Positions 24,130 through 35,462 of a DNA stretch of 64,000 bases are shown piece by piece. The stretch covers positions 66,714,001-66,778,000 of the forward strand of contig NW_024704743.1 of the NCBI RefSeq assembly GCF_018977255.1, in the 5' to 3' direction. Below the pieces are notes generated by a model, which was not told where the DNA came from, made no database searches, and was given only the letters and a program-made list of their open reading frames with translations. Within the stretch, counting starts at the first letter, position 1, and each line of letters opens with the position of its first letter. This DNA comes from Callorhinchus milii (taxonomy: Eukaryota). The position numbers were made by a program, and so were the translations under genes.

Positions 24130-27100
24130 AGCCTGTACCAGTGTCTCACTCCCTCCTTCCCTCTGTCTGTCTGTCTGTCTGCCTGTTTCCCCTGTCCTTC
24201 CCCTGCAGGCTGCTCGTTGCTTTCCACAATGAACGCCCTCCCCACTCTGCGCTAACTCTAGCCCCCCCCAGCCTCCTGCAGGCTGACAATGTCCTACTAA
24301 ACCTGCTGCCTCTTGTCCCAGCATGCACATCTTGGTTGCCGCCCCCGACCCGAGCTGGCCCTCCCTCAAAATGCCCCCGTCCCTGCAACTCTCTCGCTCT
24401 GTCCTGCTCTCTCTCCGCCCTCCCCGCCTCCTATCTCTGCTTGACCCCCACACTGCCTCCCTCTGCTCCAGCCTCCGCCGGGCTCATTGTGGCACTTAGC
24501 GCTGGCTGTCCAGCAGTAGCCACACCGACTGCCCCATTCCCCACAAGCCACCCCGGACCCTGACCCTGGGGGCTAACCTCTCCTCCCTCATCTGCATCCC
24601 CACCCACCCTCCCAGCCATTCCACTATCCCCTCCCATCCCACACATCCCCCTGCCAACTGTCCACTCCGCATTCGACTTCAAAATGTCCGCTCCACCTCC
24701 AACAAGACCCTGGCCATCAATGAACTCATCCTTGATGAGAACATTGACATCATGGCATTCACAGAAACCTGGATCACCCCAGGTGACACCTTCCCCCTCA
24801 CTGAGGCCACACCATCCGGCTACACCTACCACAATACCCCACCCCCTAACTGTCATGGTGGTGGTGTGGCCCTCATATCCAGAGCATCACTTGCCCTATC
24901 CCCCTACTCCATTGGCTCGTTCCCCTCCTTCGAACACCTTAATCTCTGCCATCCCTCCCACCTCTCTCTGAAAATTCTCTTACTCTACCGGGGTCAGCTC
25001 CCGGGGTCAGGGTCCGGGGTGTGGGGGGTCAATCCTCTCCCATCTTCAACTCTGACATCTCCACTCTCTTTGCTTCCCTCTGCCTCTGCTCCATCCACCT
25101 CATCATCCTAGGTGACTTCAACCTCCACTTCAACCCCTCCTGCTTCATCTCCTCAGACTTCTCCTCTCCTCTCTCAACCTTTCCTTCCACATCCACTCAC
25201 CTGCTCAACCTGGTGATCACCCGGGGCCTCAGCGTGTCAGATGTCACCATCACTGACAAGACCATCTCCGATCACCATTTCATCTCCCTCAACTCCCATA
25301 TCCCTCTCCCCACTGCCTCCAAACCTACCATCATCTCCTACCGGCCATGGAAGAAGATCTCCCCGCAATCCCTCTCTGCTGCCCTGGAGTCCTCTGAACT
25401 CCTCCCCCTCTGGCCCACCTCTCGCAACAATTCACTCACTGCACTCACTCTTCTCCACAGGACTCTCCGCACCACACTCAACGTCCTTGTCCTCCTCACC
25501 TCCCGAACTGCCTCCTATTCCTGATTCTCACCCTGATTCACCAGCAACCTCCGCTTGCATAAGGGCCAAGTGTGGTCTGCCAGGTTAAATCCGGCCTAAC
25601 GGTCCACCGTCATATCTGGCTGGACCTCATCAACAACTATCGCTCCACTCTCGCCTCAGCCAAATCATTCTTCTATTCCAGGTTAATCCTGGAGGCAAAG
25701 GCAATCCCAGGCCTCTGTTCTCCACCACCAACCAGCTCCTCTGCCCTCCCTGACATGCCTCGCAGATACTTTCCTCCGATTCTCACCACGAGAAAATGCT
25801 GGATTTCCTCGAGTCCAAAATCGAGGGAATCCGCTCAATTGCCACTGCCCTCCTAACATCCAACCCCTCCCTACCCCCACCCCACACAATTACCCATCCG
25901 ACAATTACCCATCCCTCCTTCCACATCTTTGAACCTGTCACCCCCTTCTCTGTCTTCAACACTGTAACCTCCATGATGTCCACCACCTGCTCCCTCGACC
26001 CCATCCCCACCCCTCTCCTTAAATCCCAGCTTCACCTCCTTGCCCCCATACTCGCCGACATTATTAACCTCTCCACGTCACCTGGCACTGTTCCTTCCCC
26101 CCTCAAAACAGCCACTATCACCCCCACCTTGAAAAAACCTTCCCTCGACCCATCACAGCTATCTAGCTATCGGCCCATCTCAAATCTCCATTTTATAGAA
26201 TCAATAATAATAATCCATGCATTTGATATAGCGCTTTTCACGTCAGGAGGACGTCCCAAAGCGCTTCACAGAACACACTGTAAAGTGAATTGACTGTATA
26301 TTTGTGGGCGAATGCGGCAGCCAATTGCGCACAGCAGTGTCCCACAAACAGTCGTAGATTGAAAATGACCAATTTATTATCGTTTTTTGTTTTGGAGGGA
26401 TTATTATTAGGCGTGTGGAGTAAGGAAACTTGCCCAAGGTTTCACCCTGCCTGGAATTGAACTCGGGTCTCTAGCTTGCAAAGCGAGTGCTCTAACCACT
26501 GAGCTACAGGACTCCACTGTATTTTTCTATCCAAGGTCCTTGAGAGAGCCATTGCCTCCCAGCTTCGCTCTTTCCTCTCCTCCCACTCCCTCCATGAACC
26601 CCTCCCATTGGGTTCCGTGCTGCCCACAGCACAGAAACTGCTCTGGTCAAAGTCACAAACGACATCCTGACCATGTGTGACCAGGGCTCCCTCTGCCTCC
26701 TCGACTTCTCTACTGCCTTTCACAGCGTGGACGACTCAATCCTCCTCCGCTGCCTCTCCTCCCACCTCAACCTTCAACCTTCAAGGTTCTGTCCTTGACT
26801 GGTTCAGGTCCTACCTTTCACACCGCCTCCACTTCGTCGCGGCAAACGGTTTTTCCTCCACGCTGTCTCGTGCGATGTTCCTCAGGGCTCTGTCCTCGGT
26901 CCCCTCATCTTCACCCTCTACATGCTCCCCCTTGGTGACGTCATCCGCAGACATGGGGTAAATTTCTACATGTATGCGGATGACACCCAACTCTACCTCT
27001 CTGCCTTCCACCCTGAACTGCAGGACTACTGCGGTCCTGACCGACTATCTGTCCGACATCAAGTCCTGGACGAGGACCAACTTTCTCCAACTCAACGTCA

Positions 27101-27949
27101 GCAAGACCGAGGCCCTCCTGATTGGCTCGTGCCAGCGCCTCCACACCTCAGGCGCTGGCAGCATCAGCCTCCACGGCTGCACACTCAACCTCACTAAGCC
27201 AGTCAGGAACCTGAGTGTCTTGTTTGACCCCGAACTGTCCTTTCTCCCCCACATTCGTACCATGACCGGCACTGCCTACCACCCCCTCTGCAACATTGCC
27301 AGACTCCGCCACTGCCTCACCCCTCAGGCTGCCGAAACCCTCACCCACGCATTTGTCACCTCAAGGCTCGATTACGGGAACTCCCTCCTCATCGGCCTTC
27401 CCAACACTTCCCTTCACAAGCTGCATATTATCCAAAATTCTGCAGCTCGTGTACTCTCACCCACCAGGCTCCGTGACGCCATCATTCCCACTCTCGCCTG
27501 ACTCCACTGGCTCCCCATCCCCCAGAGGATCAAGATCCTCATCCTCACCTTTTAGGTCATCCATGGCCTTGCCCTCTCCTACCTCTCTGACCTGCTGACT
27601 CCCTACCAACCCACATGCTCTCTCCGTTCATCAGGTTCCGGTCTGCTCCATGTCTCCCGCCCGACCTGTCCACCATTGGTGGCCGGGCTTTCAGCCTCTC
27701 TGCCCCCACACTCTGGAACTCCATCCCACAGTCCCTTCACCTCGCTTCCTCCCTCGCATCCTTCAAGGCCGGTCTCAAGACCCTTCTCTTCGACCGTACC
27801 TTTGGTCTCCCTCCCACCTCTCTGCCTTCCCTCACCCCTACACCACCCCTGTCCCATGCTCGGGCCGTGACAGCTGACTGTTCAGCGCTTTGGGATGTCC
27901 TTCCGACTTGAAAGGCGCTCCATAAATGTAATTTTGTTTGTTGTTGTTA
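24130..27949 (+). mobile_element. Nearly full-length L2-clade LINE (AP endonuclease plus reverse transcriptase), inactivated by frameshifts, stops and a SINE insertion
   Basis: EN motifs LQNVRS, DIMAFTETW, GGGVALI, IILGDFNLH, SDHHFI; RT-region motifs [58 protein letters not shown]; 3' stem-loop and (ttg)n tail. The 5' boundary is approximate. Confidence 0.93.
26203..26517 (-). mobile_element. Full-length young tRNA-Ala SINE inserted antisense into L2 ORF2
   Basis: Head GTGGAGTCCTGTAGCTCAGTGGTTAGAGCACTCGCTTTGCAAGC..GTTCAATTCC, tail AAGCGCTATATCAAATGCATGGATTATTATT; splits L2 motif RPISNLHF / LSKVLER. Confidence 0.9.
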
Positions 27950-28582
27950 TATCCATGAGATACGTATTTTGGATTATAAACATATACGAGAATTGTAACA
28001 TATATAACTGATCCATACCACACTTGGGTGAATTAATATTAATATCCAAAGGCTGTTGAAACAGGAATACAGTGAATGCTTGCCTGCAGCATTTCATGTA
28101 ATAATAACATTTATTCTGCGGTTTTAGATTGTGCACTGTCTTAATGGCTTACAGCAAAACATGCTTATTCAGTTCAAGTGGTATGATCCATCAGTACTTG
28201 GGTTTCTGATACGAATAATGCATAGATAAAGCAATGGCAATTCCAGAGGGAAAATAATCCTTTAAATTGGGACTAAAATGATTGGATTGCTATCAAGATT
28301 CCTTAATAATGCCCATTGCAAATTTGCTCCAGAAGTAAATCACATTGGAACCCAGTTCCTATGTACATAGGAATGTACAAGTACTTTCAGGCATCCTCCC
28401 AACATGCAAGATGCTCTATAAATGTAAATTGTGCTGTATTTACTGCCAGTTACCAGAAGCTCCCATTTGAGTGACTCGGATTTCCTATTAAGAAATCTTG
28501 TTAGGAATTCCATAGTTTACCTCCTATTTCATTGCTGATTAATGGTAAAGTGGCCACAAAGCATTAGCCAAATAAAGCCTTC

Positions 28583-28830
28583 ATAAGATCACAAGATTGG
28601 CTTGGTTGAAGAAAAACCTTTGGCCTGTTTGATCTCATCCATACACAATACCTACCCTACTCTCCTACCATCACAGCATCAAGGTTTTTTTTAAAAAAGG
28701 ATTTTGGCTTCTTGGCTTCAACCACCTTTTCGGTATGCTTTAATGAGTATAGAGATGTTCTTGAATAATGGGGGCTGAAATTAAAGAAGTCACTAACTGG
28801 TGAACAGAGCAATGAAAGAAGCTGCAGACC
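28583..28830 (-). mobile_element. CR1-type 3' end fragment (related copies at 47645-47725 minus, 57190-57440 plus, 58320-58512 plus)
   Basis: Shared terminal motif cttc(a/t)(t/a)ccaa..(t/c)aatcttgtgatctt. Confidence 0.6.
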
Positions 28831-31434
28831 AGGAGAAGCTTGTCTGAGCACAAACCAGGTGGCAGAGAAGGAAGGAAAGACTAATATTGAAAGTATTGTT
28901 CAAAAGGATAAATAAATGTTTGGGTATGGAATATAAGAGACATTCCCTTCAAAATAATTCAGCAATTCAATACAACTGATTTGTTTTCACTATCCAGCAT
29001 TCAGAAGGTATCTACAATCCTAGATTTTCTCATTTGTAATCAAATCAATAAAAGGCCCCCACAAACACCATTATCTATATTTGGCTTAGTCTTGCAGTAC
29101 TGATGGTTTGTATCAACATATGAAGGGAAGAACTTTTCACACACAATATCTTATGTGTGAAATGAGGATATTCTGACACAGGAGGTTACAGAGCTGTTGC
29201 ACTGAATTACCCATGATGTGGTTCTATTGCTAGAATACTATTTGAGAGATGTCTGTCTGGTATCATTTTATAGGTATTGGGAACTACACTTTAATAGTCA
29301 CACTTGTCAGTGGGTGAAGAAAATTATGATTTTGTTTAAACCAAATGTTTTCAATCACCTGTCAAATTTTACAGCTTAACACATCTTCAGTGGCATTTCC
29401 TGAAAACATAATGATCTGATAATGGGGGAAGAGAATCTCGAAGGTTGGTACATGTGGAGATATTTCATGTACACAGAACATAGAGGATCTGCTAGGACTT
29501 GAAGCAACTCTCAATATAAATAATAAGCATAGTTTAAGGACAGAAGTTTTGCCATTGTGGTGTCCACCGCAATCAGTATGAAAAGAGATAAGTAAGAAGC
29601 TTCTGCTCAATCTCTATACCTCCAACCGCTGGAACTATCTCTTAATAGGTAGGATGCATATCCTGGCTCTGAGAGGAGGGACATGGCAATCTGGATCAGC
29701 CTGGTTCAGTTGGTAACACTCTCGCTCTGAGTCAAAATGTTGTGAGTTCAAGCCAAAGCACTAATGGGTAGGGTGGTCCTAAGCTGGACACGCAATGGTA
29801 GGCTTATCAGCTGTGCTCTCTATGAAGTTTAATGTTGTTTTAGCTGGGTAAACTTCAGCAGTAGGTAAGCACACCACCTAAGCAAGATTATCCCGCTAGA
29901 GATAGAGTGCGTACTCCATTTCAGATGCAAGAATGTTTCCACGTGTAAATGGCAAAGATGTGATTCAGAGATGGATTATTTATCAATAATCAACTACTAA
30001 ATAAGGCACAGTCACTTATTTTAGAGCTGTTTTATGATACTTGGTTTGCCAGGTCTTGGTTTCCTTTCTCTTTATACAAACTGAAATAATATCTAATTAT
30101 TCATTTTTTAGCTTGGACGAGGTCAAAATAAAAGAGTGAGAAAGAGACAAACTTCACACAGACGAACAGTCAGACTGCTGGCAATGTGACAGAAACCTCT
30201 GTCTCTGTGGACCTTCAGGGTTCACACACAGTGAGGCAGAAAAACACAGTGGCGAAGAATAATAAATAATAATCCTTGCATTTAATGCAGTCCCTTTCAC
30301 GGGATGTCTCAAAATGCTTCACAGAACATATTGTACACACATTTGCATTTTGTTTAGTGTAAAATTATCTTTTAGCGTTTATTTTTATGCATGAAGCTAT
30401 TTACGTAGTTATATAGAATGATATGGCACGGAAACAAGCCACTTGCCCAACTAGTCTGTGCTGATGTTTATATTCCACACAAACTCCCATCCTTCTTTTT
30501 TCCCCTAACCTATACCCATCTATTCTTCTCTCTCATGTATGCATCAAGTTTTCTCTTAACCACATTGACGTTATTAGCATCAACCACTGCTTACAGCAGT
30601 GAGTTCCACATTTCCCCTTTGCATGAAAAAAATTCCTCCTAAAGTTCCTATTAGATCAACATTAGCTACCTTACATTTATGCTCTCTAGATTTGGACTCA
30701 CCAAAGCAGAAACAGCATATCAACATCTGGTTTAACAAATCGTTTTATGAACACCAGGAATATTTTATTCCTGGAATATTGACCTAAAATTGCTAAAGTA
30801 AATACTAAAAGACAATTTTAGTTTCATGCAAGTGATAGAAATCTTTTTTTCCGTTTTCACTCAGCCATGTTTCCAATTTGAAAGCCCTGCTTGAAGTGTT
30901 CAAGGTTCACAAGGTCACAAGAGAGGTACCGATTAAGAAGGCTTTTTGGGCATTTAACCTCATACTTCCATCTGAATTGCTGGACACATGAAATGGAAAG
31001 AAAGGAGAGAACAAGCCAAATTATTCACTTTCCTCCACTTCATCGCCCAGCTCTGCACAGTCTCCTTCCTCTCTCACCCCAGTCTTGTCCACTTATCCTT
31101 TATTATTATTACATTCTCCACATCTTTATTCTTTTGTGATTTTTGTTACTCTCAATTTAATCTCTTGCTTTTACCTCTTTTGCTACCTTGTTTCCTTAGT
31201 GGCTTGGGACATCCTCCAGACTGTGCTACATAAAATAAATTTGTTATTGTTGTTGTTGTTTCATCATCCATATTGGGCAGGTGAGCAACTTGGTTAAGTA
31301 AATAAAAAGCAGATTTAATGTTACAGAAAATTGGAAACACAAATCAATTGCCGAAGCCCAATATGTCCCACCAATGCAATAGTATTTTCAGGAGTAAGCC
31401 TTAAAGAGTGAAGACAATACAATGCAAACACAAT

Positions 31435-32135
31435 GACAACAACATCAATAACAACAAGATTACATTTGTATAGCGCCTTTCACATCGGGCGGACGTCCCA
31501 AGGCCTGGACGGAGTACAGTATTTCAGACCTGAGCTGGGGTCGGGGGGGAGAGGGGAGGGGTGGTGGCTGATGGCGTGATCGAAGAGAAGGGTCTTGAGG
31601 CGGGACTTGAGGGAGGCAAGGAGGAGGCGAGGCGGAGTGACTGGGGGATGGAATTCCAGAGGTTGGGGGCAGAGTGGCTGAGGACTCTCCTGCCAATGGT
31701 GGGGCGGGTGGGTCGGGGGATGTGAAGCAGGCCAGAGCCGGCTGAGCGGAGGGAACAGGAGGGTTGGTAGGAGGTCGCAGAGGTAGGGTGGGGTGAGTCC
31801 ATGGAGGGCTTTGTATGTGAGGACAAGGATCTTGAACTGGATCCTCTGAAGGATAGGGAGCCAATGGAGTCGGGCGAGAGTGGAGGCAATGGGATCACGG
31901 AGTTTGTTGCAGGGCATTTTCATAGTCGAGCCTGGAGGTGATGAAGGCATGAACAAGAGTTTCAGTGGCCTGAGGGGTGAGGTAGTGGCGGAGTCAGGCG
32001 ATGTTACGGAGGTGAGGGAAGGCAGAGCGGGTCATGGCTTGAATGTGGGGGAAAAAAGATAGTTGAGGTTGAACAAGACCCCTAGGTTCCTGACTGGCTT
32101 GGTGTGTTGTAGCGTGCAACCGTGGAGGTTGACTC
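31435..32135 (-). mobile_element. L2 LINE 3' fragment, relatively young
   Basis: [44 protein letters not shown]; 3' stem-loop and (ttg)n tail. Confidence 0.9.
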
Positions 32136-33374
32136 CATAAAAGATGTTACATCTACTTAAAGCTTTGAGACAAATCATTGGTTCTGCAGGTAATTTCTGG
32201 CTTTGGCTGGAGGGGTTGTTTTGTTTGGTTGTGTTGCGTCTCCTGTTCATTGTGACTTTGAGGCTACTAAGGGAATGTTTGGCCTTTAGCGTGACATTTC
32301 CTATAATGCACGACTGAAAGGGAAACTGCTGTGGAGTTTAAACATTCAAGGCATGTTACACGTCCCTATAAGGAACAGAAATAGTGTCATAAAAATTGTT
32401 CAGAATGGGTGTAATCTCAGGGGCTCATCTATAAATATTTATTTTGCAGAAACTGAATTGCATCAGTAATATCACAATAAAATTCGAGTTCCAGGCAGTA
32501 ATTGGTCAAAGGGGGAGATGTCAAAAGCCAGTGAGATGGAGGTAACACGGGGTGAAGACAGCGATGACTTTCACATCAAATGATGGCACACATTCTATTC
32601 CTGGGCTAAAAATGACTATCAATCTATCAAGAGCAGCAGAGCAGCTGTTTTTGCAACGTGCTTATCTTTACAATTGGTCTGTGAAGCTGTGGAAATGTGA
32701 GTTGTTTATGAAATCAAGTGCACTGAAGTTGAAACATCAGCAGTGAGAAATTCAAACTGAAATTGCAGTAATTTCAAAGGTCCCATTTGAGGGAAGTATA
32801 TATTGGAGGAAATTGATTCATTAGTAGTATATGACATACAAAGCTGTTTCCAATAAAACATAGTCACTGAATCCATAATTTACATTTCTTATATTGATAA
32901 GATACAATTCACTTGTGTTAGTTATATCTGTTTATTCAAATTTTATTATAAAAAATCAACGAGTTATGTAATAGACTCAATTCATCAACATTTCTTTCTG
33001 TTTTTTAAAAAATAAAGTGCATAGTCATTTTTAAAAAGGTCTTTCACGTGGTGCACCAACCAGCTGGGTTACCTGAGAGCAGGCACTGACCTCCTCCAGG
33101 CCCTGCCTTACCCACACCAACATCAGCGGTCGAGCCTTCAGCCTTTCTGCCCCCATCCTTTGGAACTCCATCCTAGAGTCTCTTCACCTTGCCCCCTCCT
33201 CTTCCTCCTTCAAGGCCCATCTCAAGACCTTTCTCTTTGACCACGCCTTCGGTTATCCTCCCATCCTCCTCCTGCCCTTCACATCTCTTGATTCCAGTCA
33301 CCAGCTCGGGTGCACACCTTTGACCATCTAGCATCTTTTTATAAATCCCTGGTAGCACACCGATGGGCTGAAGA

Positions 33375-33660
33375 TCCAGTTTGGTGAGCTGGAATTTCTG
33401 GCTAAATGTAATTACAATGCCAGTATCCGCATTTATGGGCTATTATCGGCTCTGGCTTTTTTCAGTGCCGAAAAATGCCGGTGAATGCTGGTACCGGCTT
33501 GTACATTGTTCAAAATCTGCAAGCCGAAAATAAAGATAAGCTATCTTCTGCTCACGGGATTCAAATTGACTGAAACTCGATTGAGTGAAGCCCACAAGCA
33601 CGGTGAGTCTTCACACACGCAGGCAGGCTCACAGAACAGAAGAGGTCCCAGTACAGACTC
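33375..33660 (+). repeat. Unclassified interspersed repeat, homologous to 5510-5790
   Basis: Same collinear blocks, with an extra internal segment of about 65 nt. Confidence 0.65.
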
Positions 33661-34822
33661 TAGAGGCATTCCACTTAATACCTCCCCCATTTTGACCTCA
33701 CTCCCCTATTCACTATCTCTGCTTCCTTCCCTTCAACCAATTCTGAGCAGCTAAAGGGAGATAGCTGATGTTAGTGAATATGCATGTATCTTTTAAGAAT
33801 CATTGAAATTTCAGCACAGGAGGAATCTATTTATTTGACCCACTGTGCACATGCCCAATTGCTTTCCACTGGAGATATCTACTCTAATCCAATTTCCCTG
33901 GGATGGTTGAGTGCCCTTTTATGTTTTCAAGTGCTTAATTCATTTTTAAATGTTGCAATTGACTCATTTTCAATGGCCACTTGTGGTAAATACATTCCAC
34001 ATCATAATAACTCCATGTTATCCAATCGTCTTGCCTCTTTCATGCCTCTTCAAGCAATAACATTGTACTTATGTTTCCTTTGCAATGTTTAACTCGCTGA
34101 AAGGTGATATTATATATGTGCAAGTTGTTGGTCACCAGTCACTGGGAACAATATTTCACTCCTTACCTTTAAACCTTAATGCTAATAATTGTATTAAATT
34201 ATCCTTTAACTTTCCCAATTCCAGTGATTGTGGCCTGGTTTATAAAGCCTGTCTTTATAACTAGATCTAGCACATAGTAAGCTACCTCATGAAGGTCTTG
34301 CCATCACACTGAAGATGGATGCATTGTTGAGGAAGCAGGTAGGGCTGCTGCTGGAAAGTGTGACTTGGAGTGTGGGTGTGAGAGTACACATTCTTAAATC
34401 TGAGATTCAGTGGCCACCCTAAACTATTATTGAAGCCTTGTACTATTAATGGGTGACAGTATATTCTGGCATTGATCTGAAATACTGTATTGTGCCCGAG
34501 CACTCATACACTTTATGTATATGTGTTGGTGACCTTCCATTTGGAGGCCCTTTTGGTACCAGCTATCATCTGGTAGCAACTCAACCCCACACTTGCCAAC
34601 TGTTTAATGATTTGGTAATTAGATAAACATCTGAAGAGATAATAATATAAAAAGGTGTGGAGAACAAGAAGGGAATTGTGCTTAAAATAGTTGGTTTCAA
34701 TGGATGAGCAAGTATCAGTTCAGGCTAGATGGGCTGACTGACCACTTTCTATGCTGTAATTTCTGGGATTCTATGTGACTAATCTCTCGGAGGGGGGAGG
34801 TAAGTAGGTCTCTCCTGCATAT

Positions 34823-35462
34823 AAAAACAGAAGTCGCTGGGAACACTCAGCAGGTCAGGCAGCATCTATGGAGAAAGGAAAGCGAGTCACTTGAAATCTG
34901 TGTTTGGGGCCCTGGACAGTGGGAGGCGGTGAAAGGGAAGGTATTGCATCTCCTGCGCTGGCATAGGAAGGTGCCGGGGGGAGGAGAACAACTGTTGGTG
35001 GTGATGGAGGAATGAACCAGGGAGTCACGGAGGGAACGGTCCCTTCGGAATGTTAAGAGGAGAGGGGAAGATATGTTCAGTGGTTGGATCAATCTGGAGG
35101 TACCGGAAATGGCGGAGAATTATTTTTTAGATGTTGAGGCTGATGGGGTGAAAATGAGGACTAGGGGGACCGTATCACAGTTCTGGGAAGATGGGGAAGG
35201 GGTGAGGGCAGAGGTTGGGAAATAGGGCAGACATGGTCAAGGGCCCTGCCTACCACAGTGGATGGGAACCCTCGGTTGAAGAGAAAGGAAGACTTTTCAG
35301 CTGCTCTGACGTGAAAGGTGACATCGTTGGAGCAGATGCGGCGAAGGCAGAGGAACTGGGAAAAGGGAATGGAGTCCTTGCAGGAGGTGGGGTGGGCGGA
35401 GGTATAGTCCTGGTAGCTATGGGAGTTGGTGGCCTTGTAAAAGATATCTGTTGATAATCTAT
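34823..35462 (-). mobile_element. Penelope-like retroelement fragment (RT C-terminus and linker) joined to its terminal-repeat segment
   Basis: LSTDIFYKATNSHSYQDYTSAHPTSCKDSIPFSQFLCLRRICS, FRRDRSLRDSLVHS and GTFLCQRRRCNT are typical PLE thumb/Cys-linker motifs that precede the GIY-YIG domain (deleted here). 34823-34889 matches the short hammerhead-bearing repeats. Confidence 0.85.
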
